Assembly (NCBI GenBank): GCA_965112155.1
Contig: OZ218108.1
DNA: 64,000 bases
Source: Podarcis liolepis
Taxonomy: Eukaryota
Strand: one strand, 5' to 3'
Positions 60,739 through 64,000 of the stretch are shown here, piece after piece; the first letter of the stretch is position 1, and each line of letters starts with the position of its first letter. The position numbers and the translations under genes were made by a program. The notes beneath the pieces were generated by a model that worked only from the letters and a program-made list of their open reading frames with translations, searched no databases and had not been told where the DNA came from.

Positions 60739-63700
60739 TATTTGTATTCTACCATCTTGTAGGAACTAGGATGGGTTTGGTGGTCAAGTATGCTTCCGAA
60801 AACGGGCTGTACAAGTATAACAACATAGCTTGACTTACCAGAGATACTGAAAAGGTTCCTCAAGACTTGCAGAGAAGCTGTGCCTCTTCCTTGAATCTGA
60901 AAGCCTGAGCTACAGTAATCACCTTCCTTTTCCCTGGTGTCCAGAAAAAGACAAAGTCTGGAAAGCAATCTGAAGATGAATGCCTAACATATATTGTCCT
61001 CCTCCCTTGGAGCTCACAGAGGGAGAAGTAACAGGAATAGTTTGCAACAACATTAAATCTTCTCTAAGATGTCACACAGGACTTGTGTGTCTTTAACGCA
61101 ACAAACCATTAGGCCCATGTCACAGAAGTACAAAACTGATGGCCTGGAACCATTTTAGTTTATTTGGTAACAAAAAGGAGCATCCATGGAAATTTGTCAC
61201 ATCCACACCATACACTGAATAGTCATGGCTTCTCTCAAAGAATCTTGGGAACTAAGAGGTCTGTGAAGGGCAAACGACAGCTCCCATGTTTCTTTGGGGG
61301 AAGCCATGACTGCTCAGGTGGCATAAGAATGTCTTAAATGTATGGTGTGGGTAGAACCTCTAATGTTGCTTTACTGAACCAATTCCCCACTCTGCCACAC
61401 AAAAATCTAGCAATGACTAGTTATGTCCTAATGTTATACTGTATTATCTTGCTTCACAATAGAGCTGCGAAGTCAACAACTGCACAGACACTAGCAATGA
61501 CGAGTTGGGAATAGGCAAACCCTGTGGGAGTTATCAGGCAAAAGTGAGGTTAATATGAAAAACTGGCATTTTTCTATTACCATTGGTTGCCTGAACTAGT
61601 CACAGTATACTCACATTCTGTTCATGAAATGGATTGTTTCAAGATGTCCTTGAAAGATTGAACTCCACTCCTATTCACTTCACTCCAGTCTCACTTGTTA
61701 CTCAGGGCTGAAACATATGCTCTCCCATCACTTGCAACTTCATAACAAAGCTATCTAGAATTTAGCAGACTATTTAATGTTTTAATTGGCATTTTTTTCC
61801 AGCAGCTCAGAGTAGGATGGTACATTAAATAACAAGTCTCACACCAATATTTACAAATTTGATCTTGTTCATGTATCTTGTATCAATGTTTTGTATATGA
61901 GCAATTTATGCAGCATTTCAATATATACCATATATATATACCAATGGTACCAATATACCATTTTTGTTAATATTTATGATGTTTGTCTTCACAATAAATC
62001 TGTAGTGTACATCACTATTGTTTCCATTGACACATGGAAACTGGGGTCTTAAGCCATTGAAGCACTAGTCAGGTGTTCATTAACTGTATGAGCAGAGACT
62101 GACTGTGCCAGTTCCACATCTGACTTTCACACAATTTAAACGGAGCTTGTAAGCCTCTTAGGCTGAATGCAATGAAAGCCTTCCCCCAGATCAGGAATTC
62201 AGACTGCACAGTTTAACAGGCTTACAATCCCCATTCAGACCTTCCTGCGTTGAGCAGTTGGGGCAGCTACAACCTGTCTAGATACAATGTCTTGAATAGG
62301 CAAATTTGTGGCAAAAGCAGCACTTCTACTATATAGGAATACCAACAGGGCTGCCATCTAGAAAGGGCATGTAGATCTCCTGGCTAGGGCATAGGTAGAT
62401 AAAAAGGCTTTTTGGTTTCCCAAGGACCCAGGTCATCACCGCAGTTGATTGTGTGCCATGTGCTTAACCTCTAAAAGTGGCTGGCGTGGTCAGCTTTGGT
62501 AGTTGTGATCACCTGATCTGGGAATGTGATGGAACAAATTCCAAGTCCCATCCTTTGCTCAACATTTCAGCATCTGTTTGGACAACTAACAGCAATTGTG
62601 GGGGGTTATAATCTATGGAGTTTATTTGTGGTGCTGTCTCATTTCACCCACTCAACATCTACTTGCACCTTGCTACTGTATTAGGAACACCTACCACCAA
62701 CAGTATGCTAGCCAGTCTGCAAAATACAAAAAATGATACAGAACTTGGCTTGGCGTTCATATTATCTTCATCAGAAGTGTGAGAACCTGTGGTGCTGAAG
62801 ATGCTGGTGACCACTGGCCACATTGTTGGGGGGTGTAGAGAGTTAGATTCTAGCAACATACATAAGGCCAGAAGTTCCAAAATCCTGGTCTACTACATGC
62901 TGTAACTGGTATGCATGGGCCCTGTATTTCCACAGAGTGTTTGGCTGGGGGTGTCTAGAAACAGAAAAAGAGCTGCATAATGGATGTAGAAATAGCTATC
63001 ATACTTCTCATTTTGACTAGATCTTTGGAAGCTTTTTCTCTCTGTTGTCCTTTTTCTTTCTGGAAAGCAGAATATGCTTTCACATTCAGCAATATGCCCT
63101 AAATATATTAAACTGGTGGTTTAGCAACCAATAATGCCAAATAGCTGCAAATGAACAAGTAAGCTGAGTGAAGGTGGATTGCTGTCATGATTCCCCTACC
63201 TATGGGTAAGGCTGAAACCACAACTTGGCTAGTTTTCAAATTCTTCGACTGAAAACACTTTTTGCCAAACCTGACAAGTCTCCCCCATATGAGAAGGTAC
63301 ATGAGATTCAAACATCCAATGTGAAATGGGAGTGGAATGCATTTTTTTCCCCATTTACCTATATGCAAACCAAGTAACATATGACTCCACAGTAAGGTAG
63401 ATTGAAACAATGGAATATTTGTACTATGTACGTTTTGGTATCTATCCAAATAAGGTACCATATCAGTCACTTGAATAGGATTTTTGCCTAAGGAACTTTG
63501 TCCTTAATGCTTTTACTTTTCTTTTTACTTGGTTGTATACAACCCATTGTATTTTAAAGTCATACCCAGAGGAGACCCACTGAAACTTAAGTCTTTTGAC
63601 TTCAGTAGATCTATGCTGAGTATGACCTTGTGGGATACAGCCCCATGTTTATTATTGTTTCCTTTGAAGGAAATTCCATTTAACTTTTCAATTACATGCT

Positions 63701-64000
63701 TTGATTCCTTCCCCCTGCCTATTCAGCTATGCTCCCATGCTTACCAGGTAGGTATGAAATTGTAGGGCTAAAATCATTATAGGGTTTTTAAAAGGTGCTC
63801 TAGTATTCTAGAACACTTTGAGGATTGTGAGCATTTTTAAAAATATGTTTTCGATCCTCTGGTGTCAAAGCTTCCCAGTTGACTTTCTCCCCACATTCTG
63901 ATGGCCACAGAGGTTTGGGATGCAGAGAGATCGCCACCCCCTCCATCTCTGATCACTCTTTCTTTGGGTAGAGGGTGTGGGGGAGAAATATAGTGCCTCC

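Noticed and set aside
60000-64000. Expected 3' end of IL31RA on the minus strand (tail-to-tail neighbour in mammals); good minus-strand acceptor at 62955-62970
   Set aside because: All three frames after that acceptor close within ~40 codons, and I saw no IL31RA-like motif (e.g. NPYLKNSV). The gene probably lies beyond the window.

Overview
Vertebrate genomic DNA, almost certainly a squamate and probably a lacertid lizard, judged from Sauria/Squam1 SINEs, a (CTT)n-tailed Squam3-type SINE, BovB, CR1, L2 and many hAT and Tc1/mariner-pogo MITEs. The window holds a complete + strand IL6ST (gp130) gene. It has a CpG-island promoter at ~26.9-28.0 kb, a non-coding first exon, 15 coding exons (31363-55564; 2727 nt, 908 aa, all GT-AG, all phases consistent) and a probable ~4.3 kb 3' UTR. 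Upstream lies the last exon of ANKRD55 (+ strand, stop 4144-4146), matching known ANKRD55-IL6ST synteny. The rest is intergenic or intronic sequence rich in nested transposon fossils. I found no convincing new multi-gene system. The best leads are: (i) three separate routes to soluble decoy gp130, including skipping of the 83-nt exon that gives a RAPS-like 'RVKSF*' tail; (ii) a STAT element plus CRE in the promoter and a strong-Kozak uORF in exon 1; (iii) a minimal hammerhead-ribozyme motif in a Penelope-like fragment inside an IL6ST intron; (iv) two in-frame acceptors for the ANKRD55 terminal exon; (v) a solo LTR, a SINE-head/LINE-tail chimera and several foldback elements. Gene names and human comparisons come from recalled sequence knowledge, not from database searches.
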